A DNA stretch of 64,000 nt from Phycisphaerales bacterium (GTDB taxonomy: Bacteria > Planctomycetota > Phycisphaerae > Phycisphaerales > UBA1924): the NCBI GenBank assembly GCA_965227775.1, contig OZ245777.1, positions 1,344,001 to 1,408,000 of the forward strand, in the 5' to 3' direction. The translations under genes were made by a program, and so were the position numbers. The number at the start of each line of letters is the position of its first letter. The first letter of the stretch is position 1. Shown in pieces: positions 52,818-62,462 of the stretch. Under the pieces are notes generated by a model that did no database searches, had not been told where the DNA came from, and saw only the letters and a list, made by a program, of their open reading frames with translations.

Positions 52818-53912
52818 CTCGCCGAGCTTCTGCTTCTTCTTGGCGCGGGCGATGACGAACCCGAGCAACCCGAAGCCGCCGACGACCAGCGCGACGCTCA
52901 GCCATTGCCCGCGACTGAAGCCGAGCGGGCGCGCCACTGCGAACTGCACGTCGGGCAGGCGGTAGAACTCCGTCGCGATGCGGCCCAGGCCGTACACGAT
53001 CATCAGCCACGCCGTGACGACGCCGGCGATGCGCGGCTTGGCCCACACGACCAGCAGGGCGAATAGCAGCAGCGGCCCCTCCGCCACGGCCTGGTAGAGC
53101 TGGCTCGGGTGGCGGGCGTTCAGGAACGTCTCCATGAAGTTGCTCGCCTGCGCAGCCGTCGGGCCGCCGCCGCGCAGGTCGGCCAGCATGTCCTGGTACG
53201 CTGCCTGGAAGCGCTCCATGCCCTCGGGCGTGAGCAGCTCGAGGTAGCTCATGCCAACCGCCTCGGCGGCCAGCTGCATCTGCCGGTCGCTCACCTCGCC
53301 GGTGCCCGTGCGCGCGAGGATCTCCTGGGGGAACTGCACGCTCCACCATGGAAGCGTGGTGCCTTCTTCGTAGGGCGGGCTGGCGACGACCTTGCCGAGC
53401 AATTCACCGTTCACGAAGTTGGCCAGCCGCCCGCACATCAGGCCGATGGGCGCCGCCGTGCAGGCGAGGTCAACGAGGTGCGCCGTGGGCACGCGCGCGA
53501 GCTCTGGGAGGTTCTCCTTCGCGGCGCGCCGGCGGAGCAGCCATCCCAGCAGCACGAGCCCGAGCACCACGCCGACCATGCCGCCGTGGCTGGCCATGCC
53601 CCCGCGCGCGATGTTGAGCGCCGCCCACCAGGGGAAGCCGCCAGAAAACTCGGTCAGCAGCGACGGCTGGTACAGCAGCAGATAGCCGACCCGGCCGCCG
53701 ATGACCCCGCCGATGCCGCCGAAGAGCACGACGTCGCCGATCGCCGCCCCGGGGACGGGCGTCAGCCCCCGCCGGGCCGCGATGCGGAGCAGCACGTAGG
53801 CCAGCGCGAAGCCGAGCACGTAGGACACGCCGTACCAGTAGATGGTGGCCGGGCCCACGCGGAGTGCGACGGGGTCGAGATCGTGCAGCCAGGCGGCGAG
53901 CGTGGGCGTCAT
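52713..53912 (-). CDS. lgt: Prolipoprotein diacylglyceryl transferase
   Basis: YWYGVSY, GGRVGY, GGMASHGG, GRLANFVNGEL, RHPSQLYQA. Confidence 0.95.
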   Translation of the reverse strand: MTPTLAAWLHDLDPVALRVGPATIYWYGVSYVLGFALAYVLLRIAARRGLTPVPGAAIGDVVLFGGIGGVIGGRVGYLLLYQPSLLTEFSGGFPWWAALNIARGGMASHGGMVGVVLGLVLLGWLLRRRAAKENLPELARVPTAHLVDLACTAAPIGLMCGRLANFVNGELLGKVVASPPYEEGTTLPWWSVQFPQEILARTGTGEVSDRQMQLAAEAVGMSYLELLTPEGMERFQAAYQDMLADLRGGGPTAAQASNFMETFLNARHPSQLYQAVAEGPLLLFALLVVWAKPRIAGVVTAWLMIVYGLGRIATEFYRLPDVQFAVARPLGFSRGQWLSVALVVGGFGLLGFVIARAKKKQKLGESVPRFGGWLRPAFAAPPQSSNAHRGGTADDDKPK

Positions 53913-53942
53913 GCCCCGAGTGTAGTGTGGCCGCAGCCTCCC

Positions 53943-54623
53943 TCAGCAGCTCCGGTCGAACCGGTTCTGGAACGCCAGGAAGTCAAACACCGTCAGCTCG
54001 CCGTCGAAGTCGAAGTCGGCGATGGCCTCGCCTGCGTCGAACGCGTTCAGAAACGCGAGATAGTCGCCGATCGTGAGCACGCCGTCGCCGTCGAGGTCGG
54101 CGCGGCAGGGGACCACGCGAATGGTCGCGTCGCCCTCGACCAGCTCGTCGAGACGCGACTCGGGCGGCGGGCAGCCCCAGCCGTGGATCTCGTACTGCGT
54201 GGTCAGCGTGGATACATGGATCTCGAGTGGGAAGGCGGTGTCGGGCGCCGTGAAGGTGACCCGCCAGAAGCGGACGGGATCGGGCTGGGGCCACTGGCAG
54301 TCGGCGCACGGCAGGCACAGCGAGCCCGCGAGGATGCCCTCGATGCCCGCGGTGGTGCGTTCGCCGGCCGACGTACCCGGTCCGTCGAGGAAGACGAGTT
54401 CCTGGTCGCGGAACTCGCCGTACAGGCCGGTCAGCAGGCTCGTTTGGATGATCGAGGGCAGCCAGTATCGCCTGTCGTTGTACCACGCCCACAGCTCGAC
54501 CGTCGCCGACTCGCCCGACTCGAGGATCGGGCGATCGACGCGGAGTTCCATGCGGTAGGGGTCCGCTTGGGCGTGGGCCAACGCGGACACGGAGAACGCG
54601 AGCACGATCGCGGACCTCATCAT
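53943..54623 (-). CDS. Small secreted protein with C-terminal GC-type dockerin
   Basis: Signal peptide; beta-rich domain; CRADLDGDGVLTIGDYLAFLNAF...DFDGELTVFDFLAFQNRFDRSC. Confidence 0.85.
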   Translation of the reverse strand: MMRSAIVLAFSVSALAHAQADPYRMELRVDRPILESGESATVELWAWYNDRRYWLPSIIQTSLLTGLYGEFRDQELVFLDGPGTSAGERTTAGIEGILAGSLCLPCADCQWPQPDPVRFWRVTFTAPDTAFPLEIHVSTLTTQYEIHGWGCPPPESRLDELVEGDATIRVVPCRADLDGDGVLTIGDYLAFLNAFDAGEAIADFDFDGELTVFDFLAFQNRFDRSC

Positions 54624-54665
54624 GCGTGTGTTATACCCCAGGCCGCGCCGTACGCGATGGCGTTT

Positions 54666-55544
54666 TCACGCCAGCAGCAGCGAACCGGCCTCGCGGATGC
54701 TCTGCAACGCGACGCGGCGCATGTGCGCCTCGCGGTCGGGGTCGAGCCTCCACCGGCCCATGAACCGCTGCGCGCCCGAGGCGACGTAGATCTGCCACAG
54801 CGCGAGGTGATTGGGATCAACGGGCATGTGCGCTTGGTACGCCTCAAGAAATCGGGCCGCGCCACCGACGCCGTGGTCGTATCGCAGCTCGAGGCACGCG
54901 CCGGCGACGTCGCTCATGGGGTCGCCGATGGCGGCGTCTTCCCAATCGAGGATCGCGGCGATGCGCCCATCGCGCCAGAGCACGTTGCCGGGCCAGAAGT
55001 CGCCGTGCAGGAGCGTTGCGGCACCTGTGAACGCGGAGTTGGCCTGGCGTTGGAGCCAGACTCGCAGCGCGTGCCACTCCTCGCCATTGGGTAGGAAGCC
55101 GATCGTGTCGGGGAAGGGATCGCAGCGCTCGGGCAGCGCCGGGAGTGAGCGCGGGGGAAGGGCGTGGATCGATGCGAGCGCCTCGGCCATGGCGTCGATA
55201 CAGCGACTGGCTTCCACGATGTCCGTCGTCCCTTCGACGAACGGCATCAGCACGCACGGCCGATCCAGCAATCGGCCGTCGGCATCGACACCGATCGGCC
55301 GCGGCACGGGCACGCCGGCGTCATAGACGGCGCGAAGGAGCGCGAACTCGCGATCGGCCGAGAGCGCGTGTGGGTCGTCTCCATGCACGCGAAGCACGAC
55401 CGTGGACTTCGAGCCGTCTCCCAAGGAGAGGTCGAGGTGATGGACCTGCGCGCTGACGCCGCCGGTGAGGGGCTGGGCGCCGTGCAGCGTGGCGCCGGGA
55501 AAGAAGTGGCGGACCACGAGTTCGAAGTCCGGGCCGGCACCCAT
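54666..55544 (-). CDS. Aminoglycoside phosphotransferase/choline-kinase-like protein
   Basis: GGVSA, LLHGDFWPGNVLW, ILDWEDAAIGDP. Confidence 0.88.
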   Translation of the reverse strand: MGAGPDFELVVRHFFPGATLHGAQPLTGGVSAQVHHLDLSLGDGSKSTVVLRVHGDDPHALSADREFALLRAVYDAGVPVPRPIGVDADGRLLDRPCVLMPFVEGTTDIVEASRCIDAMAEALASIHALPPRSLPALPERCDPFPDTIGFLPNGEEWHALRVWLQRQANSAFTGAATLLHGDFWPGNVLWRDGRIAAILDWEDAAIGDPMSDVAGACLELRYDHGVGGAARFLEAYQAHMPVDPNHLALWQIYVASGAQRFMGRWRLDPDREAHMRRVALQSIREAGSLLLA

Positions 55545-55546
55545 GC

Positions 55547-56437
55547 TCAGGCCATGCACGCGCGCAGCCTTGCGGCCTTCGAGATGACGGCGGCCGCTTC
55601 CCCGACCGGCAGTTGCGTGGCGCCGTCACTCCAGGCCTTGCTTGGCTCGGGGTGGCTCTCGATAAACAGCGCGTGCACGCCCGCGGCGACGGCGGCCAGC
55701 GCGAGCATGCCGCTGCGCTCTGGGCGGCCGCCGGTTTGCTCGCCCGAGCCGGGGAGCTGTGTGCTGTGCGTCGCATCGAAGCAGATGGGCGCGGGGCCAC
55801 GGTCGCAGAAGGCGCTGCGGTCGAGCTCCATCATGTCGCCGATGCCGATGAAATCGTTGACGAGGCGGTGGTAGCCGAAGAAGGTGCCGCGCTCGGTGAG
55901 CATGGCGTTGTCGCAGCCGGCCTCGTGCAGCTTCTTGATCGGGCCCATCATCTCTTTGGGGCTCAGGAACTGGCCCTTCTTCACGTTGACCACGGCACCC
56001 TCGGGCGCGGCGGCGCGGGCGGCGGCTTCGAGCAGGTCGCTCTGCCGGCACAGGAATGCGGGGATCTGGATGATGCTGGCGACCTCGGCAACCTTCGCCG
56101 CCTGCTCGGGCAGGTGGATGTCGGTGGTGACCGGGCAGCCGAGCTCGGCGCCGATGTCGGCGAGCCACGTCAGCCCCTCCCCGAGCCCCGGACCGCGGGG
56201 TGAGCTGGCGCTGGATCGGTTCGCCTTATCGAAGCTGGCCTTAAAGACGTACGGCAGGCCGGCGTCGTCGCAAACCTCCTTCAGTGCGCACCCGATCGAG
56301 AGGCCGAGATCCTTGCTCTCCAGCGTGCATGGTCCGGCGATGACCACGAGCGGGTGACCCGGGCCGACCGGGATCGGCGAGCCGTGGGGGTTGGGGACGA
56401 CGCAAGGGGCCGAGTGGGGGGCTTGTCCGGATGCCAT
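55547..56437 (-). CDS. kdsA: 3-deoxy-D-manno-octulosonate 8-phosphate synthase
   Basis: IAGPC, KASFDKANRSS, IPAFLCRQ, NVKKGQF, ERG, FDATHS. Confidence 0.96.
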   Translation of the reverse strand: MASGQAPHSAPCVVPNPHGSPIPVGPGHPLVVIAGPCTLESKDLGLSIGCALKEVCDDAGLPYVFKASFDKANRSSASSPRGPGLGEGLTWLADIGAELGCPVTTDIHLPEQAAKVAEVASIIQIPAFLCRQSDLLEAAARAAAPEGAVVNVKKGQFLSPKEMMGPIKKLHEAGCDNAMLTERGTFFGYHRLVNDFIGIGDMMELDRSAFCDRGPAPICFDATHSTQLPGSGEQTGGRPERSGMLALAAVAAGVHALFIESHPEPSKAWSDGATQLPVGEAAAVISKAARLRACMA

Positions 56438-56470
56438 CGCGGATGGTACGGCCTGTACGTACACTGGCCC

Positions 56471-57340
56471 GTGCTCCGCCTGACCGATGTCCGCAAGCGC
56501 TTCGGCCGCGTCACCGCGGTGGATGGCCTGTCATTGGACATCGCCGCCGGCGAGGTGATGGGCCTACTAGGCCCCAATGGCGCGGGCAAGACGACCACGA
56601 TCGGCATGGCCGTCGGTCTGCTGCACCCCGATAGCGGCACGGTCACGCTTGGCGAGGGCGAGAATGGCGGTTTGGGCAGCCCGGCCGACCCGCGGATGCG
56701 GATGCTCATCGGCGTGGCTCCGCAGGAGATCGCGCTGTACGAGGCCATGACGGCGCGCGAGAACCTGGTGTTGTTTTCGCGGCTGCATGGGCTGGGTCGG
56801 AATGACGCGAAGCAGCGAGCCAATGAGCTGCTTGATCGCGTGGGCCTTGCAGATCGCGCGCACCATCGGGTTGCAGGCTTCTCAGGCGGCATGAAGCGGC
56901 GGTTGAACCTGGCCGCGGCCCTCGTCGGCGAGCCGAAGCTGGTACTGCTCGACGAGCCGACCGCCGGCGTCGATCCGCAGTCTCGCAACGCGATCTTCGA
57001 CATGGTGGCCCAGCTCAAGGACGCGGGTGTTACGGTGCTCTTCAGCACGCACTACATGGAAGAGGCCGCCCGGCTGTGCGACCGTGTCGCGATCGTCGAC
57101 CATGGTCGGCTGCTCGCGCTAGGCACGGTGGGCGAGCTGATTGAGACCCACGGCGGGCCGAGCATGGTGGTGGTGCGCCGCCACGGGCAGGATGAGGAAC
57201 GCACGGCGACGACAGCGCCGCTGGACGAGCTCTCGAGGCTGATCGCCGACCATGGCCCGACGATCGCCGAGCTGCGCGTCGAAACACCCGATCTGGAGGC
57301 CGTGTTCTTGACCCTGACCGGGCGGGAGCACCGGCATTGA
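56471..57340 (+). CDS. ABC-2 type exporter ATP-binding protein
   Basis: GPNGAGKTT, FSGGMKRRLNLA, LDEPTAGVDPQSR, STHYMEEA. Confidence 0.93.
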   Translation: MLRLTDVRKRFGRVTAVDGLSLDIAAGEVMGLLGPNGAGKTTTIGMAVGLLHPDSGTVTLGEGENGGLGSPADPRMRMLIGVAPQEIALYEAMTARENLVLFSRLHGLGRNDAKQRANELLDRVGLADRAHHRVAGFSGGMKRRLNLAAALVGEPKLVLLDEPTAGVDPQSRNAIFDMVAQLKDAGVTVLFSTHYMEEAARLCDRVAIVDHGRLLALGTVGELIETHGGPSMVVVRRHGQDEERTATTAPLDELSRLIADHGPTIAELRVETPDLEAVFLTLTGREHRH

Positions 57341-58644
57341 AGGGTGTGTTGGCTGGAGTTCGCGTGGTACTGGTGCTGGCGGCAAAGGACGTGCGCCTGC
57401 TTTCGCGCGATCGCGTGGCGCTGTTCTTCACGCTTGTCTTCCCGCTGCTCTTCGGCATCCTGTTCGGCGCCGTGTTTAGTGGGTCGGCGGCCGGAGACGG
57501 ACCGCGTGCGCTCGATGTGGCGATCGTCGATCTGGATGGATCGAACGATTCGCGGGGGATCGTTGCGCGGCTGAGTGAGGGGGATCAGCTCTCTCCGGTA
57601 CCGGTCGAGACGGCGGCGGAGGCACGCGAACTCGTGCGCACGGGAGTGGTCGAGGCATACTTCGTGTTCCCCGAGGGCTTCGGCGAGGCGGCGACCATGC
57701 CCTTTGGCGGCACGCCCATGCGTGTCGAGATTGGCAGCGGGCCGAGCGGCCGTGGCACGCGCGCCATGCTCACCGGCATTGCAACTCAGGCGGTGTTCGA
57801 GCAGTTTGGCGAAGGCATGCTCGACCCCGAGCGTTCGCGGCAGATGGTGCGTGAGGCGCGAGACTTGCTCGCGGATGCTGATGGCGTCGACCCGGCCCAG
57901 CGGCTGGCGATCCAGGCGTTGCTCGGCGCGGCCGAGGGCGCGATCGCACAGACCCCCGCAGACGGCGGCGGTGGAGCTGGCGCGGGCTTCAACATCGTCG
58001 ACATCGACGAGGTCGAGGTGACGGCGGGCACCGATGCGAAGGTGGTCAGTTCGTTTGCAATAAGCTTCCCGCAGGCGATGCTCTGGGGCGTGATGGGCTG
58101 CGCGGCAGTTTTTGGCGTGTCGCTGGTGACCGAGCGGAGCGGCGGCACGCTGACGCGGCTTCGCGTCGCGCCGATCGGCCGATGGCACATCGTGCTGGGC
58201 AAGGCGGTCGCGTGCCTCGCGACAACGCTGGCCGTGTGCGCGGTGATGCTGGCGGTGGCCTGGATTGCCTTCGGCGTGCGCCCGGTCGCGCTCGGAACGC
58301 TCGTGGTTGGTGTGCTGGCGGTCGCGTTCTGCTTCGTGGGCGTGATGATGCTGCTGTCTGTCATCGCGCGAACGGAGGCGGCCGCGAGCGGGCTTGGCTG
58401 GGCGTGCTTGCTGACCTTGGCAATGATCGGCGGCGGCGCCATCCCGCTGGCGTTCATGCCGCCCTGGCTGCGGGAGATCGGGCACGTGAGCCCGGTGAAG
58501 TGGGGCATCCTGGCAATCGAGGGCGGTTTGTGGCGCGGGTTAAGCGCTGCAGAGATGATGCTTCCCGTTGGCTTGCTGGTCGTGATGGGCGCGACGGCCT
58601 TTGCGGTCGGTGCCGTGGTGTTCGCCAAGAGAGAGAACAGGTAG
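57337..58644 (+). CDS. ABC-2 type exporter permease
   Basis: N-terminal TM, large extracytoplasmic loop, ERSGGTLTRL, five C-terminal TMs, MPPWLREIG..SP. Confidence 0.9.
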   Translation: MKGVLAGVRVVLVLAAKDVRLLSRDRVALFFTLVFPLLFGILFGAVFSGSAAGDGPRALDVAIVDLDGSNDSRGIVARLSEGDQLSPVPVETAAEARELVRTGVVEAYFVFPEGFGEAATMPFGGTPMRVEIGSGPSGRGTRAMLTGIATQAVFEQFGEGMLDPERSRQMVREARDLLADADGVDPAQRLAIQALLGAAEGAIAQTPADGGGGAGAGFNIVDIDEVEVTAGTDAKVVSSFAISFPQAMLWGVMGCAAVFGVSLVTERSGGTLTRLRVAPIGRWHIVLGKAVACLATTLAVCAVMLAVAWIAFGVRPVALGTLVVGVLAVAFCFVGVMMLLSVIARTEAAASGLGWACLLTLAMIGGGAIPLAFMPPWLREIGHVSPVKWGILAIEGGLWRGLSAAEMMLPVGLLVVMGATAFAVGAVVFAKRENR

Positions 58645-58653
58645 GATCGAAGC

Positions 58654-59199
58654 ATGACACAACAACCGAACGGAGAGTTTCTCGCGCACAATGTCCTGCA
58701 CACCGAGGCGCTCTTCGAGCGTTTTCTCGCCGGGTTCGATGAGTCGAACCGCACGAAGCAGGCGCCGGCCATGCCCAATCACGCCGCGTGGACACTTGGA
58801 CACCTAGCGCTGACGGCGCACCGTTGCGTTGATCGCGTGCTGGGGCTCGATGGGCCGGGCGAGTTGCCTCCAGAGTCGTTCGTGCCGGGCGATCGGGGCG
58901 ATGCGGCGCGTGTCGCGACCGAGAGCGTCGCGTTTGGATCCGTGCCGACCGACGATCCCGATCGTTACCCATCCTTCGCGCGATCGGTCGAGATCATGCA
59001 CGACGCACACCAGCGGCTGGCGACGGAGCTGAGGAAAGCAGGCGCGGCGGCGCTCGCACGGCAGACGCCATGGGGAACGGGGCAGACCACCGTGTCGGAC
59101 CTGGCGCTGCGGATGGGATTCCACATCGCAACGCACTGCGGACAGATCGTGGACCTGCGACGGGGGTTGGGGTTCGAGCCTGTCCTTGGGAAGCGCTAG
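58654..59199 (+). CDS. DinB/YfiT-family protein
   Basis: NHAAWTLGHLA and FHIATHCGQI His motifs. Confidence 0.85.
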   Translation: MTQQPNGEFLAHNVLHTEALFERFLAGFDESNRTKQAPAMPNHAAWTLGHLALTAHRCVDRVLGLDGPGELPPESFVPGDRGDAARVATESVAFGSVPTDDPDRYPSFARSVEIMHDAHQRLATELRKAGAAALARQTPWGTGQTTVSDLALRMGFHIATHCGQIVDLRRGLGFEPVLGKR

Positions 59200-59229
59200 C
59201 CTGAGCGAGACGAACGAAAGGGGGTCGGC

Positions 59230-60114
59230 ATGAAGATCTTCCACGTCGATGCATTCACCGCCAGCGTGTTTGGTGGCAATCCGGCCGTGGTGGTGCCGGT
59301 CGAGCAGTGGCCGAGCGAGACTGTCATGCGGCAGATCGCCGCCGAGCAGAACCTCAGCGAGACCGTGTTCGTCGGTCCGGCCAGTGATGGCGATGCCGAT
59401 CGCAGGCTGCGGTGGTTCACGCCGGCCGTCGAAGTGCCCCTGTGTGGCCACGCGACACTCGCGGCGGCGCACGTGCTGTGGAACCACCTGGACGAGGTCG
59501 TCGAGCGATTGACGTTCGAGAGCCTCAGCGGTCCCTTGATCGTCTGGCACGAGAAGCAGAACGACGACGATCTGATCGTCATGGACTTTCCCGCCCGCCG
59601 CATGGTGGCGTGCGATGATCACACGGCGATCGTCGAAGCGCTGGGCGCCAGCCCGGCCGAGCTCCTGCGCACCGTCGAGAGCATCGGCGTGGGTGACGAC
59701 GCGCACCCGCTGTACATCGCGGTGTACGACAGCAAGCGCGAGGTGCACGAGATCGCGCCCGATATGAAGAAGCTCGCGTTGGTCGAGGCCCACGGCGTGA
59801 TCGCGACAGCGCCGGGCGCAAGCCACGACTTCGTGTCCCGGTTCTTTGCACCCAGGGCGGGCGTCGATGAAGACCCGGTGACCGGGAGCGCCCATTGTGC
59901 GCTCGCGCCCTACTGGGCGAAGCGACTGGGCAAGAGCCGCTTGGCGGCCCGGCAGGTCTCCAAGCGCGGCGGGGAGCTGCGGTGCGACGTGGCGACCACG
60001 GACCAGGGCGAGCGCGTGCTGCTGGCCGGCAAGGCGGTGACGTACAGCGTCGGCGAGGTCATCGCCGACCTTGCACAGAACACGGATGTCGCCCAGGTTG
60101 TGGGCACGCCGTAG
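59230..60114 (+). CDS. PhzF-family isomerase
   Basis: VDAFT..FGGNPA, NLSETVF, EVPLCGHATLA, EDPVTGSAH. Confidence 0.93.
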   Translation: MKIFHVDAFTASVFGGNPAVVVPVEQWPSETVMRQIAAEQNLSETVFVGPASDGDADRRLRWFTPAVEVPLCGHATLAAAHVLWNHLDEVVERLTFESLSGPLIVWHEKQNDDDLIVMDFPARRMVACDDHTAIVEALGASPAELLRTVESIGVGDDAHPLYIAVYDSKREVHEIAPDMKKLALVEAHGVIATAPGASHDFVSRFFAPRAGVDEDPVTGSAHCALAPYWAKRLGKSRLAARQVSKRGGELRCDVATTDQGERVLLAGKAVTYSVGEVIADLAQNTDVAQVVGTP

Positions 60115-60251
60115 CCGCTGTGGGGCACGTCCGATAGCGGAAAAACCAGGTTGGAACAAGAAACTCGAAGCTGGATTCGGCAGCCGTTGGGCAGCCGGCT
60201 GCGTGCGATCGGGTACGCTGTAGCGTGACCCCCTCCAAGGAGACCCGACAC

Positions 60252-61586
60252 ATGCCCACCGGACGTATCTCGACCGCCTTGCTCCTTCTCGCCTGTGGCT
60301 CGACCGCCTTCGGCCAAGCCGCCGACCCGACGGTGTTCGTTGGCAACAACGGCAACCTGCTCGGTGCCGTCACCAGCCTGCAGCCCGACGCATCGGGCGC
60401 GTTGGTGCAGGTGGACTACCTCGTTATCGACGAGCGGCCGGCCGGCTCGGGCTCGCTGCCCGGCACGAACATCGAGGGGATCGCGCTCTCGGCGGGTGGC
60501 CGCTTCCTCGCGACGGGCCACGCGACGGCACTCGATCCCGAGCAGTTGACAATCATCGAGATCGATGTCGACGGCACGATGCAGATCCTCGATGAGTTCA
60601 GCGTGCCCAACGCGCCCCTGGGCATGGCATGGATCGACGATGAGTACATCGCGGTTGCCGAGTCGAACCTGGGTCGGTCATTTGCTCGTGTGTATCGCTA
60701 CACGCCCGGCGCCTCGCCGATGACCGGCTCGCTCGTGCAGACCGATATCTCCGGCGAGGGCACGTTCATCACGAACATCGAGTCCGACCACGATCGGCGG
60801 CTCATCTTCGTGCAGGACTCTGACTTCGGCGGTGGCTCGGCGAACGTGACAGCGTACGAGGTCGATGCCACGGGCATGCTGACCGAGGTCGGCTTTGTGT
60901 TCACGTCACCGAACTTTGCGCTCGATATGGCGCTCGCGCCCAACGGGGAGTGGCTGTACGCCGGCTGCGGTATCAGCGGCACGGGCAGCGACGTGCTGGG
61001 CTTCCGTGTCGGCCCGGGGGGTGATCTGAGCTTCATTCCCGACGCTCCGTTCACCAGCCCGGGCGATTCGCCGGCTTGGGTGACCGTGAGCCCCGACAAC
61101 CGGTTCGTGTACGCCGGCCATGGTCGCGACGCGACGGTGCAGGGCTTTTCGACCGACAACGAGACGGGGGCGCTCACCGCGCTGGGCGTGTCGTTCGACG
61201 TCGGCAGCCAGGGGACGCTTGGCACCGTGGGCACGCTCGCACTGCCGGCGGGCAACTTCATGTTCGTTACCGACAACTCGACCGTGTTCGACGACATGAG
61301 CGGCATCTACAGCTTCCGCATCGAAGACACCGGCGACCTCACGCAGGTCGGCGACATTGTGGCGACCCCCGGCAGCCAGCCCGACAACTTTGTCGTGTGG
61401 CAACCCGGCGGCGACGACTGCCGCGCCGACCTCGACGGCGACGGCGAGCTGACCCTGTTCGATTTCCTCGCGTTCCAGAACCTGTTCGACACGGGCGACC
61501 CCGCCGCCGACTTTGATGGCGATGGGGAGCTGACGCTCTTCGACTTCCTGGCGTTCCAGAACGAGTTCGATGCGGGGTGTGCGTAG
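60252..61586 (+). CDS. Secreted lactonase-like beta-propeller protein with C-terminal GC-type dockerin
   Basis: Signal peptide; propeller repeats (LAPNGEWLYA, VSPDNRFVYA); CRADLDGDGELTLFDFLAFQNLF...FDAGCA; AAGGAG SD. Confidence 0.88.
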   Translation: MPTGRISTALLLLACGSTAFGQAADPTVFVGNNGNLLGAVTSLQPDASGALVQVDYLVIDERPAGSGSLPGTNIEGIALSAGGRFLATGHATALDPEQLTIIEIDVDGTMQILDEFSVPNAPLGMAWIDDEYIAVAESNLGRSFARVYRYTPGASPMTGSLVQTDISGEGTFITNIESDHDRRLIFVQDSDFGGGSANVTAYEVDATGMLTEVGFVFTSPNFALDMALAPNGEWLYAGCGISGTGSDVLGFRVGPGGDLSFIPDAPFTSPGDSPAWVTVSPDNRFVYAGHGRDATVQGFSTDNETGALTALGVSFDVGSQGTLGTVGTLALPAGNFMFVTDNSTVFDDMSGIYSFRIEDTGDLTQVGDIVATPGSQPDNFVVWQPGGDDCRADLDGDGELTLFDFLAFQNLFDTGDPAADFDGDGELTLFDFLAFQNEFDAGCA

Positions 61587-62423
61587 TTAGCGTGCGTCAG
61601 CCGAGTCGGTTGACGGCGTCTGCGCATCGACGAGCCCCAACCACACTTGCCCTTGCTCCTCGCCCTGCGGCTCGCCTCGCCAGGCGTGGAGCCGCACGTT
61701 GCGGATGAGTTCGAGGATGCCGAGGAACATGCCGATGGCTTCGGCGCGGGTGCGGCCTGTGAAGAGTGCGCTCAGCGGTAGGCTGGGCTGGCCCGACTCC
61801 TCGCGTGCGCGTTCGAGGCGGTCGATGGCGTCGGCTTGGTGCAGCTCGATGGGCGTGTCGTCATCGGTGACGGTGTGCTCGCCGAGGCGGTCGAACTGGA
61901 TGGCGCTGGCGATGCGGTCGAAGGCCTCGACCAAGTCGGTCAGCGACAGGTCATCGATGTCAAGCGCCAGATCTTCCTCGTCCTCGTCGCGCGAGGGGCG
62001 GAGCGCGGGGGCAACGCGGGCGCGGGCCTGCCACTGCTCGAGGCGCTGCTCCAGGGCGTCGGCCCGGTCTCGGAGGCGCTTGTATTCGAGGAGCTGGCGG
62101 ACGAGTTCGGCCCGGGGGTCTTCGGGCTCCTTGTCGTCCTTCGCGTGCTCCCGCTTCGCGCGCTCGGCGTCCTCGGGGCTCAGGTTCTCGGCGGCGACCA
62201 CGCGGCTCTTGATCTCGGCGAGCGTCGCGGCCATAACCAGGAACTCGCCCGCGGTGTCGATATCGATGGTCGACAGGTCGCTGATGGCTTCCATGTACCG
62301 CTCGGCGATGAGGGCCACGGGGATGTCGTGGATGTCGACCTCGTGCACGCGGACGAGGTGCAGGAGCAGGTCCATGGGCCCCTCGAAGGCGTCGACGGCG
62401 ATGGCGGGGCCTGTGGCGTCCAT
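61587..62423 (-). CDS. scpA: Segregation and condensation protein A
   Basis: FEGPMDLLLHL, AGEFLVMAATLAEIKSR, DPRAELVRQLLEYK, FLGILEL. Confidence 0.92.
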   Translation of the reverse strand: MDATGPAIAVDAFEGPMDLLLHLVRVHEVDIHDIPVALIAERYMEAISDLSTIDIDTAGEFLVMAATLAEIKSRVVAAENLSPEDAERAKREHAKDDKEPEDPRAELVRQLLEYKRLRDRADALEQRLEQWQARARVAPALRPSRDEDEEDLALDIDDLSLTDLVEAFDRIASAIQFDRLGEHTVTDDDTPIELHQADAIDRLERAREESGQPSLPLSALFTGRTRAEAIGMFLGILELIRNVRLHAWRGEPQGEEQGQVWLGLVDAQTPSTDSADAR

Positions 62424-62462
62424 GGGCGACTCTAGGGCGGGTTCTGCCTCATACCCTGACCA

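Noticed and set aside
53109..55094. 661-aa + strand ORF and similar long antisense ORFs throughout the window
   Set aside because: Antisense shadows of well-supported genes, expected in high-GC DNA with few stop codons.
59230..60114. Phenazine biosynthesis cluster
   Set aside because: Only a lone PhzF-family gene; no phzA/B/D/E/G nearby.
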